Shown here piece by piece: positions 36,360-49,700 of a DNA stretch of 64,000 bases. Source of the DNA: Hyphochytrium catenoides (lineage: Eukaryota > Protista > Hyphochytriomycota); contig FLMG01004571.1 in assembly GCA_900088475.1 (NCBI GenBank), positions 67,032 to 131,031 on the forward strand. Reading direction: 5' to 3'. The notes beneath the pieces were generated by a model. That model made no database searches and was not told the origin of the DNA. It was given only the letters and a program-made list of their open reading frames with translations. Position numbers and translations under genes: made by a program. Position 1 is the stretch's first letter, and each line of letters begins with the position of its first letter.

Positions 36360-37239
36360 TCACGAGCTAGAGGGCGGTGGTGCCTGTTGGTCATAAGAGG
36401 TTCCTGGCTTCTGAGGGTTGTTCTTTAGAAGAAAGGTCCCCAGCCACTCTATCGGGTTTGGAGGCCGCTCCTTCACCAGTTGAGACATGCCCTGGAGTGA
36501 ACGTAAGGAAAGACGAACAGTCAGGAAGGAGAAATCACTAGGGTCAGCGATAGCCTGACTCGCCGATGACATCGCAGGTGGCCGTCTAAACAGAGGCCTC
36601 AAAGAGAAGGAGAAGTTACCTGTAGCAGTAGGGGGACAACGGTCTGATCAAGGTACGCTCTGATAGGAAGCTGGTGGACGTTCACCTTCTCCTGGACAAT
36701 AGAAGCAGCTTTTTTCGCCTGCTCCACCTTCAGTATTCACAGCAATATGAAGAAAGGAATAGATGTAGCTTGTAAGAGTAGATGACATGATGGCGTTTGG
36801 CAAGCAGGCTTTCTTCCAAGCGTACTCAATGGGCTTGCATGAGTAGATAAGATAAGTAATAGAGCGACAGCCAGGAGTAGATTAGAAAGTAAGCGAAAGA
36901 GAAAAACTTATGAGGGGCAAACTGAATCTAAGACAAAAGAAAGCGATCAACAGAAAGGAGAGCAGCAAGGAAGAGACACGTATGAAGATGAAGGCTACTT
37001 GGTCGACCAAATGGCATACGGCGGTAAGGTAAGAGAAGCTACAATGACGCAAAGAGAAAACGACAAGGCATAATGGAAACATTATCATCCAGAGAGATGG
37101 AGGAGATCCGACGAGGAGGTGGCGTCACCTCCTTAGCTTCTTCCTGGGCCTTAGTATCCTCTGCCTACAAAGAAAGTGGTTAGGAAGTGGTATAGAACAC
37201 TGCAATGGCGGCACTTACCGCTTTCTTCTCTATTAACAT
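36360..37239 (-). CDS. DPY30: Dpy-30 protein
   Basis: [48 protein letters not shown] across GT-AG introns. Confidence 0.93.
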
Positions 37240-38536
37240 TTCAATCCACCAAAACGGCAAATAACGGCGGCAGGGTGGTTCGAGGGGAGAGTGTCAAAAG
37301 GAAGGAGAGGCGAGGGACGCAACGGAGTATGAGAAGACGTGATGAGGCTTGAACAAGAGCGACTGCTATCTTAGTGAACGGATTTAGCCATGCGGAGTCG
37401 TCACTCTCTGCGAGGCTCTAACGCAATCAGTCTTTCCCTCTCTTCCCATAATGACTCCTTTCCTCCCGCAGTAGCTTCTGACTACTATCGACATAGAACG
37501 GCGACGATTAGGTGAAGACTGAAGAATTCTTACCTGCCTCACTCATACTTTCTCTATGACGTTGCACAATCGCTAATGGATGACTGTGGGAGCTTCTATG
37601 CTATGGTTGGCAACCCTGAGGAAACGGAGGTCCTGGGTAGGCGATGTGCCGCAGGAGAGCAAGAATTGTCGTGTGCCGCTGCAGGCCGAGCTGATGAGAG
37701 CTGCGAGCTGCTTGCGACAGAGCTCTGATGTTCCGTGGATCGAGGACGAGGAAGAGCTTTTCGAAAATGGGGCGACAGAGTTGATGGCAGTCCGTTATTC
37801 CAAATGCCCTGCCACTTCCCAGCTGTTATTACGGAATAGCGTGACATCCTTATACAGAAGGTCCCACTAAAGACAGACAGGCCTTTCTCACACTAGTTCC
37901 TAGTTCCTACATGTGTGTGATCGTGTGTGTATGTTTGTCTGTCCCCTTTTTCCTCTCTTGGTTGATGTCTGTCACCCTCGATGAAGTCCTTCCATCTCCC
38001 TTCTTCATTGCCTTCATCATGGCCTCTTGCCTCTCTCCTCTTGCATTCTCTCGTCATGCCATGCACCTGAGTGAGGGTCATCAGAGTAGTGAGGTGCGCT
38101 TCTTGGCTTGTGAGCCTGTGAGGCACACGGAAGTTGAAGAAAGGACTTCCCGGCTCAACCGCAGCGATGCTTCTGCATTAATTGCACTCATTCGAGGCAA
38201 TAAGATTACTCTTTATTAGCAGGTGATGTGGGCTTGAGACTCCAGACAAGCGCATTGATATGGCAGATTTCTAGGCCGGGACTTCCAACCAGACGTGTGA
38301 GAAAAGTGCACATCTCTTCTCTTCACAGTGCTACGGAGAACCACTCGAGAGGGGTAGATATGAGCACAAGCCTGTAGAACACACTTTCTTAACGCGCATG
38401 CATAAACTCCGTAGGGTCCTGAAACATAAATGCAAAGAATGAGCACAGCCCCAGATACGTTGGGTCTGCAACCTAGTCTTTATATCTCAGCCAATTGACT
38501 TCTTTGCGTCTTTCCCGCTGTGACCTTCATACCCAC

Positions 38537-41500
38537 CTAAAGCCTTGCTCCTCCCGCTATCAGACTGTCATAGGCCTTCAAATCAAAGGGTTCATACTGC
38601 TTGGAGTTGGAATTAAACCACCAGAGAGGATCCTTCACGACCTGAGGATTGTAGCCGTCGTCTCGGAGACGGTTCTTTTGGTGCTATAGAGAGACGAAGA
38701 GATTGTGAGACCGTACGCCAAAGCTGGCAAAGAGAGGAAAAGCTGAGCAATTGACGAGACGTGGCTGAAGAAAGAAAGGAGGATAAATAGTGGATCGGCA
38801 AGAAGGGAGAGCGAGACAAGTCCTTCCTTTCGATGATATACAAGGACTCTGATATTACCTTGAAGGTGCCCGTGACGTCCATCTCCTTCAAGAATCTGAC
38901 GAAGAGGGGCACGCTATAAGATGGCAAGTGCTCCTGCACGTATTTGCTACAAATCCAGGAGTTAGAAGGAAAAGTTAAGGCGGAAAGTTAGTTCATTGAG
39001 GATTGCTTGCGCTTGCACGGGGAAGGGATGCCTTACGAGAATTCGACAGGATCAATCTCTCCGTTAGTGACCAAGCCAACCATGCAGGCTCGGCCATCTG
39101 CACCCGGAATCTGTATGCCATAGACATTTGCTTCTACCACGTTCTTGAAAGAACTGACGATCTGACAAGAGCAAAAAACATGGTCAAGGTCCAGAGGTAA
39201 AAGGGCCAAAATGAGCAGGTTGCCTAAGAGCTAAGAGGTAGATTGACTGGACGGTGCCATAGATGGTAAGAGATGAATGGCAATAGTTGACAGACGTATT
39301 TCTGACACATAAGAGAAGAAAAGATAACCTCGAAAGGACGGCGAGATCTTGCTAATGTCCTGTCCTCATACCTCTGAGACTTCCATGGTGCTGACATTCT
39401 CACCCTTCCATCTGAAGGTATCCCCAATGCGGTCCACGAAGTAGAAATAGTTCTGAGAGTCATAGCGCAACAGATCGCCGGTCCGAAAGTATTTGTCTCC
39501 TAGAAACGTCAAGAACGAGGAGCATGCATGAGATCTCGACAAGACAGACTTGGGCGTCTTGTCGTAGTACCCTCTCTTAACATAGCGCCGGTCGCCTTCG
39601 ATGTGATGCATGATACGCAGAGAACGAGGCCACGAGCAAGCGAGAGAAAAGGAAGCCCCATAGACTCAGAATCGCTACACGCTACCTTTCGCAAAGACGT
39701 CATGCATGATCTTCTTCTTAGTGGCCGCCGGGTCGGAATACCCCTTGAACTGTCTGACCACATCGTCCTTGATCTCGCTGAGAAGCTCCCCCACCTCTCC
39801 AGGTCCACATTCAATGCTGGATAGTAGAAAAAGTGAAAGCTGTTATATTGCAGCAGAACGGAATCCCCCATAGAGTTGCAGAGAATGACAGCGGAAGACG
39901 TCGATGCGGCGAATGACAAACGCTTGGAAGAACTCACCAAAAACCTTCCGCATTGCGCAATGGCTCCTCATTTTCAACATCAAACTTCACGATGCGCACC
40001 CCTTGGATCTTCTTTGCAAGTGTGCTGCATAAGCAACCGCACAGTTAGGAGCCAAGCAGATTGCGATGCAGCACTAGTAGATGGTAAAGCGAAGAGACAC
40101 TACTGCTCCATAACACTGCGAAGATAAACCAACCCAAGAAATGACCAAATAAGACTACTCCGGAGGAGAAGACTATCGTGGTCTGGAAAACGCTTACCCT
40201 AGGCGGCCAACAGCTCCTTGGCCTACATGGTTTTTGCAATGATTCAACAGTGCCACATTGCCCTAATCACGACGTTGGAGGAGATAGAAAAGAGGCAATT
40301 AATTGTTTAGGTCGAGGAAAGAAGAAGAACAAAGCAGAAGGGACGATGGGATCGGATGTTTCACTCTATCTTAAGGTGCTGCTTCAGTCATCTGTTCTGT
40401 TAATTTACCTCAGTTGCCCCATAAAATTCTCCTACTTCCGGAATATTAAAGCGCCTTTGGAACTTGTCCCACACCTCCGGACGCATACCGTTGCCTACCA
40501 TCAGAATGCAAAAGTGAAAAAGTTGAACAGGGTGTTTGGCAAAAAGCTTGAGAGAGGCCCAGATGTCCCACACATATGGCTGTAATTGACTGAGCAACAT
40601 AGGAATAGATAGGCCAAACCTTTGCACTGTCTATATCAACTTATCTTGGCTTACTCACCAATCGCTAGGCGGACTTTATGATCTTGGTCCAAGGGAGAAG
40701 GAGCTTGAGCTACGAGATAGCGGCAAAGCTCGCCAATATATTGGATAACGGTCACTTTATACCGCTTGCAGTCTTGCCAGAACTCCCTTACGGAGAACTT
40801 TCTCTTGATCACTATGGAGGAGCCTCCACTGAGCATCTGCCCCACGCCAATGCCTCCTCCAGCGGTATGATACAGAGGAAGAGCGATGTAGATGCGGTCC
40901 TACACGAGAAGAGGTAAGTACGGAGGTGCTAGCTACCATGCAAGCCAAGCACTGATGCCAGAGGATAATAGAAAGGAGCAAATTGCTTTCAAACGACAGA
41001 AAGATATTTAAGGGGAAACCTTACCTCCGGTGTGACCTTGAAGCCATACTTGAAAACCAACCCGTACCCCATAAACTTGGCGTGCGCCACCACGCAAGCC
41101 TTAGGTAGGCCGGTTGTACCACTGCTATAGATGTAACCAAATGTGTCCTGCATCCCTATACCGGCGCGATATCCCCTAGGGGATGAAGCAGGTCGTCCGT
41201 TAGAGCATAATATGAAGAGAAGTGGCAACGAGGATAACTAGGGATGATCTTGCATCAAGATGTTGAACGGATATCCTAAACCACGGGCAGAGCTATTGAC
41301 GGCAAACATACTCCACCGTAGCGCCTTGAGTTCCGTAGGAAAGGATAGAAAGACAACCAGAGCCCTAACAAAGTATGAGAACTTCTTACTTATCCACCGG
41401 TCTGTCCGGGAAGGACGGCAACGCGGCGTCTAGGCTTTCGGCGTAGGAGGGACTCTCTCCTGGACCATAGGCAACCAGTCTCACCCCTTGAGAGGCAAAC

Positions 41501-42669
41501 TCATCCGCCACATCCCCGACGGCTTCCGCAACTTCCGTTCCAAATATCATGACCTTTGCACTGGCCGCAGCAACGCAGTGGAGGAGGGGCTTCTTTTTGA
41601 CGTTGTAGTTGATAAGAGCAACCACGACGCCAATCTGGTATATTTTCGAATGAAGGTGTGCGGAAAAAATGCAAGGTGCGCGAATGTGTGGGTTTTTGGC
41701 GTGCATGGAAAACGGGCAGAAGATAAAGTGGATAATAATTGAATGCTGAAAGCAGGAATATCTGGAGACGACACCAAAACAAAGGCTTGAGATTGGTGGG
41801 AGAGCAAAGCGGCAAGAGAACAGCTCACGAAGCCACACCTCAGAGCGACCAAAACATCCCCAGAGACCGTACAAGCGTAAAAAAACATTTCAGCCGACAG
41901 GAAGCCAGTGAGGGCATCGAGAGGGGCCTTCCATTCTTCCAGGAGAGTAAATGTAGAGGAGGACATAGAGATAGAAATCGCCCATTCATAGTCCCTTACC
42001 TTCGTAAGGCCTAGCCAAGTGGGAACATACTCCGCTCTGTTCTCCATGTTCAGGGCGACCACATCTCCTTTCTTCAGTCCTTTGCTAAGTGCCCAATGAG
42101 AGATGCGGTTCGAGAGCTTCTCGATGTCCAGATAGGTCATGACGGTGTCTAGAAAGGACCGCAAATCAAGTTAGCAAAAGGAAGCGTAGTTCAGAGAGAA
42201 GGAAAGTCCATATTGATCTTTCCAGCCCTACTACCTTCAAAGTAGATTGCCTTCTTGTGCTTGTACTTGGCGAAGGTCTCATACCATTGATCGGTCACCT
42301 GATAGCCGCCAGGAAGCCTCGCTCTCGCCTCCATCAGCTGAAAGTAAGGTGATAAGGGAGGGTTCTCTTCAGAAGGCCTGGAGGTCAAGTCCGGCGAGCG
42401 TTGGTGTTGCTTACCTTCTTCAGGGGTCCCATCCTTGCAGCAAGGCTGAGATCGTGGACAATGGCGTGCTTGTTATCCAGGTATGTCCCTACTACGATGC
42501 CGCCTGCCGTTGCCACTGCCGCCTTTTGCCATGTATTAAGACCCTACGGAGGTGATTGAGGGGTTCAGCGTATCGTTCCGCTGCAGGGAGTAATCCCCAT
42601 GCACTCTAAAGTCCAGCCAGCAACATGATAGCAGCAAAGTAGGAAAGACGGTTCTAGGCGCCATACCAT
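38537..42669 (-). CDS. Fatty acid transport protein / very-long-chain acyl-CoA synthetase (SLC27/FAT1 family), multi-exon
   Basis: [56 protein letters not shown]...[27 protein letters not shown]. Ends ...GGARL*. Confidence 0.95.
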
Positions 42670-42843
42670 CAGCCCTGCTCCCAGTCACTGCCGCTCTCCT
42701 CTGTCAGGAGAGGACGTAGGCTTGTCTCTAAGAAGACTGTCCAGCTGCCGTGGGTCTGCTCTTCGCCTTTCAGCTTTGAAAGTGGAGTTCGACGCTGCCA
42801 GATCTTGATTGCGGGTAGGTCTCGGAGCAGTTCCTTAGATTCA

Positions 42844-42872
42844 NNNNNNNNNNNNNNNNNNNNNNNNNNNNN
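42844..42872. other. Assembly gap (29 N)
   Basis: N run. Confidence 0.99.
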
Positions 42873-43791
42873 ACTTCCACTTGCTGCAGCTTTTTGAGAG
42901 CAGAAAAGGAAGTTCAACCACGAAGCTTCAGCAATGAATCTTTCACAGGATTAGAAACCTTCAATATTGCTTCCATTCCTTTGGGGCAACCCATTCTCGC
43001 TTGAAACCTTGACGACGGAAAGCTCTGTGAAAGAAACCTTCGTCACACGTCGGCATTGTCCATCGATGCAAGCGTGAGACCACGTTATTTTCAATGAGGA
43101 GAGCCTCATTCGGGATCCGAATGATGCGGACCGAACCCAGTAACGGACCGCCCCAGCCGCAGGAGGACAAGAAAGATCATGAACCACCAGGCGCGAGGAG
43201 GAGCTGATGATGATGGCAGGGAGGAGAGACAACCGAGAGAGAGAAAGAGAGAAAGAGAGAAGAAGAGAGAGAGAGAGAGAGCAGAGGGGGAGAGAGAGAG
43301 AGAGAGAGAGAGAGAAACATTTAGGGGCGTAGGAGGCACAGAAGGGAGGAAAGAAGAGACAGGACAGGCAGGGAGCAAGGGTAAGAGACATAAAATGAAA
43401 GGGTAGCAGCGAAGTGAGGAGAGAGAGTGAAGATTGTAGGGGACTGATGAAAGCGAAGGAAGTGAAAGAGGGAGGAGGCCAGCGAGTTCCGTATGCCGCC
43501 CGCTATTCTTGTCCATCCTCTTCAGATGGAGTGCGTATCGTCTAATATGCACAGATGGCAGGTCTAGAGCTGGAAGAATTATGCTTGCTTGAGAAGCACT
43601 CCTTCTCTGCAGACCTGGAGCTAGTTCACGTTTGGATTGACAAACATGAAGGCTTGAGAAGCGAAAGATTTAAACTGCATCGACTAGTAGCAGGACACTG
43701 TGGGAGAACGGGAACTGGAAAGCGGCAATAAACGGAAAAAGAAGAGATATCGAGGTGGCTGCGGAAGAAAGAAAAATTTAAAGAGAGCGCC

Positions 43792-46700
43792 ATGTCGAAG
43801 CCCCAAAGTCCCGATCAGGGCTGTTCAAAGCCTCAGCATGCGGATCTTCTGCTTAAGATGAGCAAGAAGATTGCGCAACTGACAAAGGTTATCTATTCGC
43901 TTAACACAAGGAATGAAGATGCTACCGCAGAGGTTAGACCAAAGCACCTTCCAGCATCTCTACCTCCGTGCTTTCTGCCCTCGCTCGTTCTGTTTTATTC
44001 CTCGCGTAGCCCCCTCACGCACTCAAGACTGATGTTCACTGTGCACGCAGGTCCAATATCTCAAAAAATATCATGAGTATCAGCTCCGGGAGCTCACCAC
44101 CTCAACTCTAGCCAAAGTGGAGACTCTAAAGGAGCAGGTCGTCCCTGCTTCAGTCTAGCCTGCTTTATCACCTGGGCTGCCCTCGCTAATAACTCCTTCC
44201 GTCCATCGACTTTGCCACCCTTCTCCTTCTCTCCCCCGTCCCTTACTTTTCTCTCAAGCTTCTTATTCCGCCCTTCCTCGTCTTCTGCAATCCCATCCGT
44301 TCTTCGTCTGAAACTCTATGAGTGCCACTCCTCAAACAACCTTATATCTCTCTTGGCCACCCTGGCGCATTAGGCTACCAAAGGAAAGGAGGCGGCAATG
44401 AAACTGAAGGTCTTACAAGAGAAGTATGAACAGGTCCTCGAATTGCTTTCGAAGAGGATGTAGTGGAGGCTGGTCGCCCCTAGTTCTGACCCTGGCTGTC
44501 TGTCCTTTCTGTCGCTTCCTCTACCGCAGCCATAAGCTATAAACTCAGTTCTGTCTAGGCGGATCAAGCTCTAATCTCTTTCCTTCTCGTATGCCATTTA
44601 TGGTCTCTTATGCCTCATCTATAAATTTCCATAGGAGAAAGCGGATTGTCTTGGAGAGCTGGACCTCATCCGCGGGAGAGCAGCACATAAGGAGAAACTG
44701 CAGGCGCAAGCGTACAATGAAGCACTCCAGAAGCTTCAAGGAGAAGTAAAGGATCTACGAGACAAGATCAAAGAGAAATCTGAGAAGATGAAAGAGAGAG
44801 AAGAAAAGCTAAAGAAGGAGCAGCTGGCCGCAAGTGCTAATGAAGGTATATAGAAAAATCGATAAATTCACCGGTCATGCTCCTCATGTGTCACTCTTGT
44901 CCGCTCTGTCTCCCTCTTCTTCCGCCCCGCCACTATCCCCTCTACCAACTTTGCTAGGAGTCATCAAACAGCGGTGTCAGCAGGAGGTGGCAGACCTGGT
45001 CAAAGAGTGGAATAAGAAGTACAATGATCTTCTGACGTCCAAACTAGAGGAGCACGAGAGCGAAAGAGCAAACCACCAGAAGGAGCTTCAGCAGTCGGAA
45101 CGGAACATGCAGGAACAGATAGAGAGAGAGAGAAAGTTGGCAGAGGTGAGCCAAGCAGAGAGGCATGACAAAGTCAATGACTGTAGCGTGTGCAAGATGA
45201 TAACAAGGAACGAAGTCTGATCGTGGGAGGAAGAGATGAAGAGAAGGGAGAAGAAGAGCAGAGATGAGAGAAAGAGAATAAATAGTGAAAAAGACAGCGA
45301 CGGAAGGGAGAGAGATACGTAACAAAATATGAGGGCAAGAAGGAGAGAGGACGAGGGAGAAGGAAGGTCATCCTAAGCGGAGACAAGACGGGAAGAGCTG
45401 ACTCCGCTTTTGGGCGGACCTCCCCCAATCTAGGAAAAGCTTCTTTCAGCAGAAGAGAAAAGAAAAGGTGAAGCAGAGGCTCAAGCTCGAGAGTATCAGA
45501 AGCAGACTGAAGAGATACGCGGAGAACTGACTAAGAAGGTTCTTTGATCAACTCTTCTTCCACATCCCATTCCTTTCTTCTTCCCTTCACCTAAATTGTG
45601 TTCTTCCCTTCCTCGCCTCTCCTGAGGTGTCAGCTTATATAGACCCGCTCCCCTTCTGTTACCAGCTTCAGAAGGCTCTGGGAGACCTTGGAGTCTCACA
45701 AAAAGCAGAGAAAGAGAGTGCTGCAGGAAGAGAGAAGCTGAAACTGGAAGTGAAGAGCCTCCAAGAAAGACTGCAAGCAGCAGAGGGCAGGCTCCAAGAC
45801 GCTGCCGCAAAGCTCAAGGTCTCGTTGCAAAAGCCTTGTGCTTCCCCACATCTTGCTCCACTTTATCCTTCAGACACTGCTCGCTTTACATTCCAATACG
45901 TCAGTGTCTCCTTCCACTCACTCACCGAACGGGTAATGACACCATGTAGGAGAGAGAACTTGACAGCTCTCAGAGAGAGAAAGAGATGGAGAAAAGCCTT
46001 CACGCAACTAGAGAGCTACTGGAACAGACCAAATCAGGACACCAAGCGGCGCTAGTGGCAATGGAAGACTCGCTAAGAGGAAAGAGCGATGAGAGCAAGC
46101 GGTAGGAGAGAGAGAGAGAGAGAGAGAGAGAACACTCATGCAGAATTGGAACCGCTTCAACCTTGCCGCCAGCTCAGCTGGCTCTCCATCTCTTTTCTAG
46201 CCAAAATAGTCATGGTTCTACCCCTCCCTCTCATGTTTCTCTCCCTTTCTGATTGTCCATGTGTCCAGTTATCTCTCGCTATCTCCTCTCTTTGTGTGTG
46301 AGTATACCCTCTGCCTCGCTCTCCAGCTGCCTCTTCTATATTGAACGGCCTCGACTCGCTCGAAAGTCCGTACAGCACCGCGGCTGCTGTCATTCTGACA
46401 TCCTCCTTTCATCCTGACTACACTTTCCTTCTGTGTCCCTCTTCCTAGTAAGTTTTCCCCCCGTTCCAATTGCCCTTACGGTCACTCTTTTTCTTTCTAT
46501 CTAAGGCTCCGGCAACAGATAGAGGACCTAGAGCGAAAGCTGAAGGATGAAGCGATGCACCACAGCAAGCAGTTGGCAGAGAAGGAGAGAAGTAAAGAAG
46601 AAGAGAAAGCTACTTTTCTCCTCGAGCAACGGAAAGAAGCAGAAAAGGAAGTGAAGAAAGCAGCAGAGAAGGCAGCTGCGGATATTCTTCTCGTACGGCA

Positions 46701-49700
46701 CACCTTCATGTTCTTTGGCATTCACTCCCTTCTTGCCGCCTTTAGTCCGCCGCCTCTCTATTCCTCGTTTTGGCTAGTCTATTCAACGTTGACATCCTGC
46801 CCCCATTGACATTGGCCAAACGTCCATCTTCCGTTCGGGAGCCTGGATGCTTAGGCCCCTCATCCCGTCCCATCTTTTTCAAAAGCTCACTCCCTCTCTC
46901 CGCTTCCATCATCTGGACATCGTTCTTCATCAGGCAAATGCCAAGCATGAGGATGAAGTCAAGAAACTGAAAATCCTCATTGCTAAGCTGGAGAAGGAGG
47001 GAGAAGAGAGACAAAGAGAAGTGGGTTCTCTACGAGTGCTCTTAGATGAGAAGGAGAAGGAGAGGAAAGCGCTAGAAGTCGCTCTACGAGCACAAGAGGA
47101 AAGAAGAAAAGCAGAGGAAGAAACGCGACGAGTAAACGAAAAGGGAACAGAGGAACTACTTAAGCAGCAGCAGAAGGAAGCAGAGCTGCGACTGGAAGAG
47201 CTCAGGCGCGTGGCGGATAAAAAGCTAGAAATCGAAAAGGTATGGTTTTGAACCGAGAGGGGCAAATGGCAGTTGTGGGGAGGGTAAAGAGGCTTTCCAA
47301 TGGCCGGAACACGGTCAAAGGCTACGGAGGTCGCTGAAAAAAGGCCTTTGTACCCCAGCGAAGAGAGGACGATCTGTGATAACAAGTGAGAGAGAGAGAA
47401 GTATCTATATCTGCGCTTGACAAAAGGGTAGAGATAGGAAAGGATGAATGTTTGGCATCGATGCCATTGTGCTCATCTCCCTCTCTTCTCAACCCCAGCA
47501 CCGACTTTCCAAAGAGAAAGAGGATCTTGGAAAAGTTTTGCAGAAGCAGCTAGAGGAAGTAAGGGAAGAGGGTGCCCAAGCGGTAGAGAGGCAGAAGCAG
47601 GAGGGACAAAAGCTATTGGCTGAGGTGGAGCGGAGGGGGAAAGAGAAAGAGGATGCCCTCTCACAGCAGCATCAGAAAAGAGTTATGGAGGTTAGCTCTT
47701 TCTCCTTCTGCAAATGGAAGAGTGTCTCTCCTATCCTTTTCTGTTTCGTCTCGTTATCAGCGTATGCCCTTTCTTTCTTGGCAGCTTCCTAGCTTCGCTT
47801 CTACCAGCAGAGAGGTTTTCTTATATTCTTCGAACTTCCAGCGCCATCTAGCCTAGAAAGGCCACAGCTGCTCCTTATTGCTGTTCCTTTTCTTTCCTTC
47901 CTTATGTCATCCGCATCTCTGCTTCCCGCCCAACTTAGTTGACAGAAGAGCACAAGCTGGTCCTCAAGCGGCAAGCCGATGAAGCAGCGAAGATCAAGTC
48001 ATCAAGCGAAAACGATGCCAAGAGGATAAAAGAGGTGAAGAGTGCTATCTTCCTGTCCTTCTTTTCTTCTCTCGTTTGTCCTGGAAAACTCGATCAAACA
48101 GTTTAGCCTCTCTTTTATTTTCTACACCTTCGACTGGTTACAATTTTGTCTATCCCCTTGCTATGCCTTTGAAGTGACGAAGCTTATTCCCATGGCACCT
48201 GACACCTTCAGTGTAACTCCCGGTTCTTTCTGCTGCGCTCATCTGGCGGCACGGCTTTTTTAACTGAGTTGTGCCTGTTAGCTCGAGGCTCGTGCCAAGT
48301 CACTGCAGACAGAGCTTGAAGCGGTCCGAGCAGAGCTGACCCAAAGCAATGGGACTCTCACCGCGCTGAAAAAAAAGTTGACGGAGGGTAAAACGGAGAA
48401 GGATAAAGAGCTGAGGGATATGAAAGAGAAGCTGGGTAAGTATTAGGGTGGAAGCCAAGCCGTCTTGAGATAGACAAGGTAGAAGTGGGTGAGATAGTGA
48501 GAACTGCTTCAATAGCGTAGGCGGCGATATGTATCGGTTTGTTACCTAAGAACACGCCTCGCTGATAATTCCTCTGGCCGTTCTGTGACTACTGTCCCTT
48601 CCTACTCCACAGAGCAGCAGCGATCTACTCTCGATAAGGAATGGCAAGGAAGGCTTCGGGCACTGCAGGCTGATTTCGAAGGACGCCTAGCAGCGACAGA
48701 AAGGACATTAACGGAGACAGGTTGCCCTATGCGTCATCATACTCTTGCTTGCTCTTTTTCTCTTCTCTGAAAATTTCTGCCTGTCATGCTGGCCTTGCAC
48801 TAATATCTCGCTCTTCTCTTCGGTAGAGAATCGGTGGGCCGCAAAGCTTTGCAAAAGCGAGGACGAAGGCAAGGCCCAGATTGCTTCTCTCACGACAGAG
48901 AAGGAGGAATTGAGAAGTGGCTTAGTGGCTAGCACGCAGACGATACAGGAGCTGGAGAAAATCAAGAAGTGGGTTCTAAGCGCTAGTCTTCGCTCTTGCT
49001 TTATCCTCGCTCTTATCTTACACTCTGCCTAACAATCCACCGGGTCTTGGCACTTTTTACGTAACGTTCGCTGGTGCTGCACAGAACCTTGGAAGAGTCT
49101 CTCGCCGCTAGTGAAGAGCGAGAGAGAACGTTGAGAAGAGATTCCGAACTGGCACTGGCCGCGGCTCAAGATGCCTACGCGCGTAGCGTCAGCGAGAGAG
49201 AAATTGAGTTTAGCGGGACGCTTACAGCACTCAAGAAGAAGAGTGAGGAGGAGTTAAGAACCAAGGTTACGGCCTTGGAAGGGTGAGCTCTTGTGCATCG
49301 CTGCTTTGGTCCGATCTTTAAATGCATACTCTTCAACTCTCCTCTTGTACGTTCACTTCCTTGTTACGTTCTCGTACGTCTGGCCGTTCCCCCGTTTCGA
49401 GTGACCTACACTCCTAAGTCCCTCGTCTGGCTACTCATACACATATCGTCCCCTTCTTTCCTGTCCTTTACAGCTCATTCTCTGAAGAGAGGCTCACATG
49501 GCGAGCAGAGAAGCAGAAAGAGCTGGATAATGAAAGAGAGTCTCAGGACAGAAAGAGACAACAAGAGAGGGAGCAGCTTACAGAGGTAAGCAGAGACTTT
49601 TTAAATACCGGCAAAGGCCTAAGAAGTATCTCACTCTGACTATCTATCTTGAACTGCACCCCGCCTGACGCTCATTTTCCCCTCTTGCAGGAGATGCAAA

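Noticed and set aside
43000-43060. Short matches to U4 snRNA (gtcggcattg) and RNase P/MRP CR-I (ggaaagctc)
   Set aside because: No U6-pairing 5' region, Sm site or complementary CR-V element was found.
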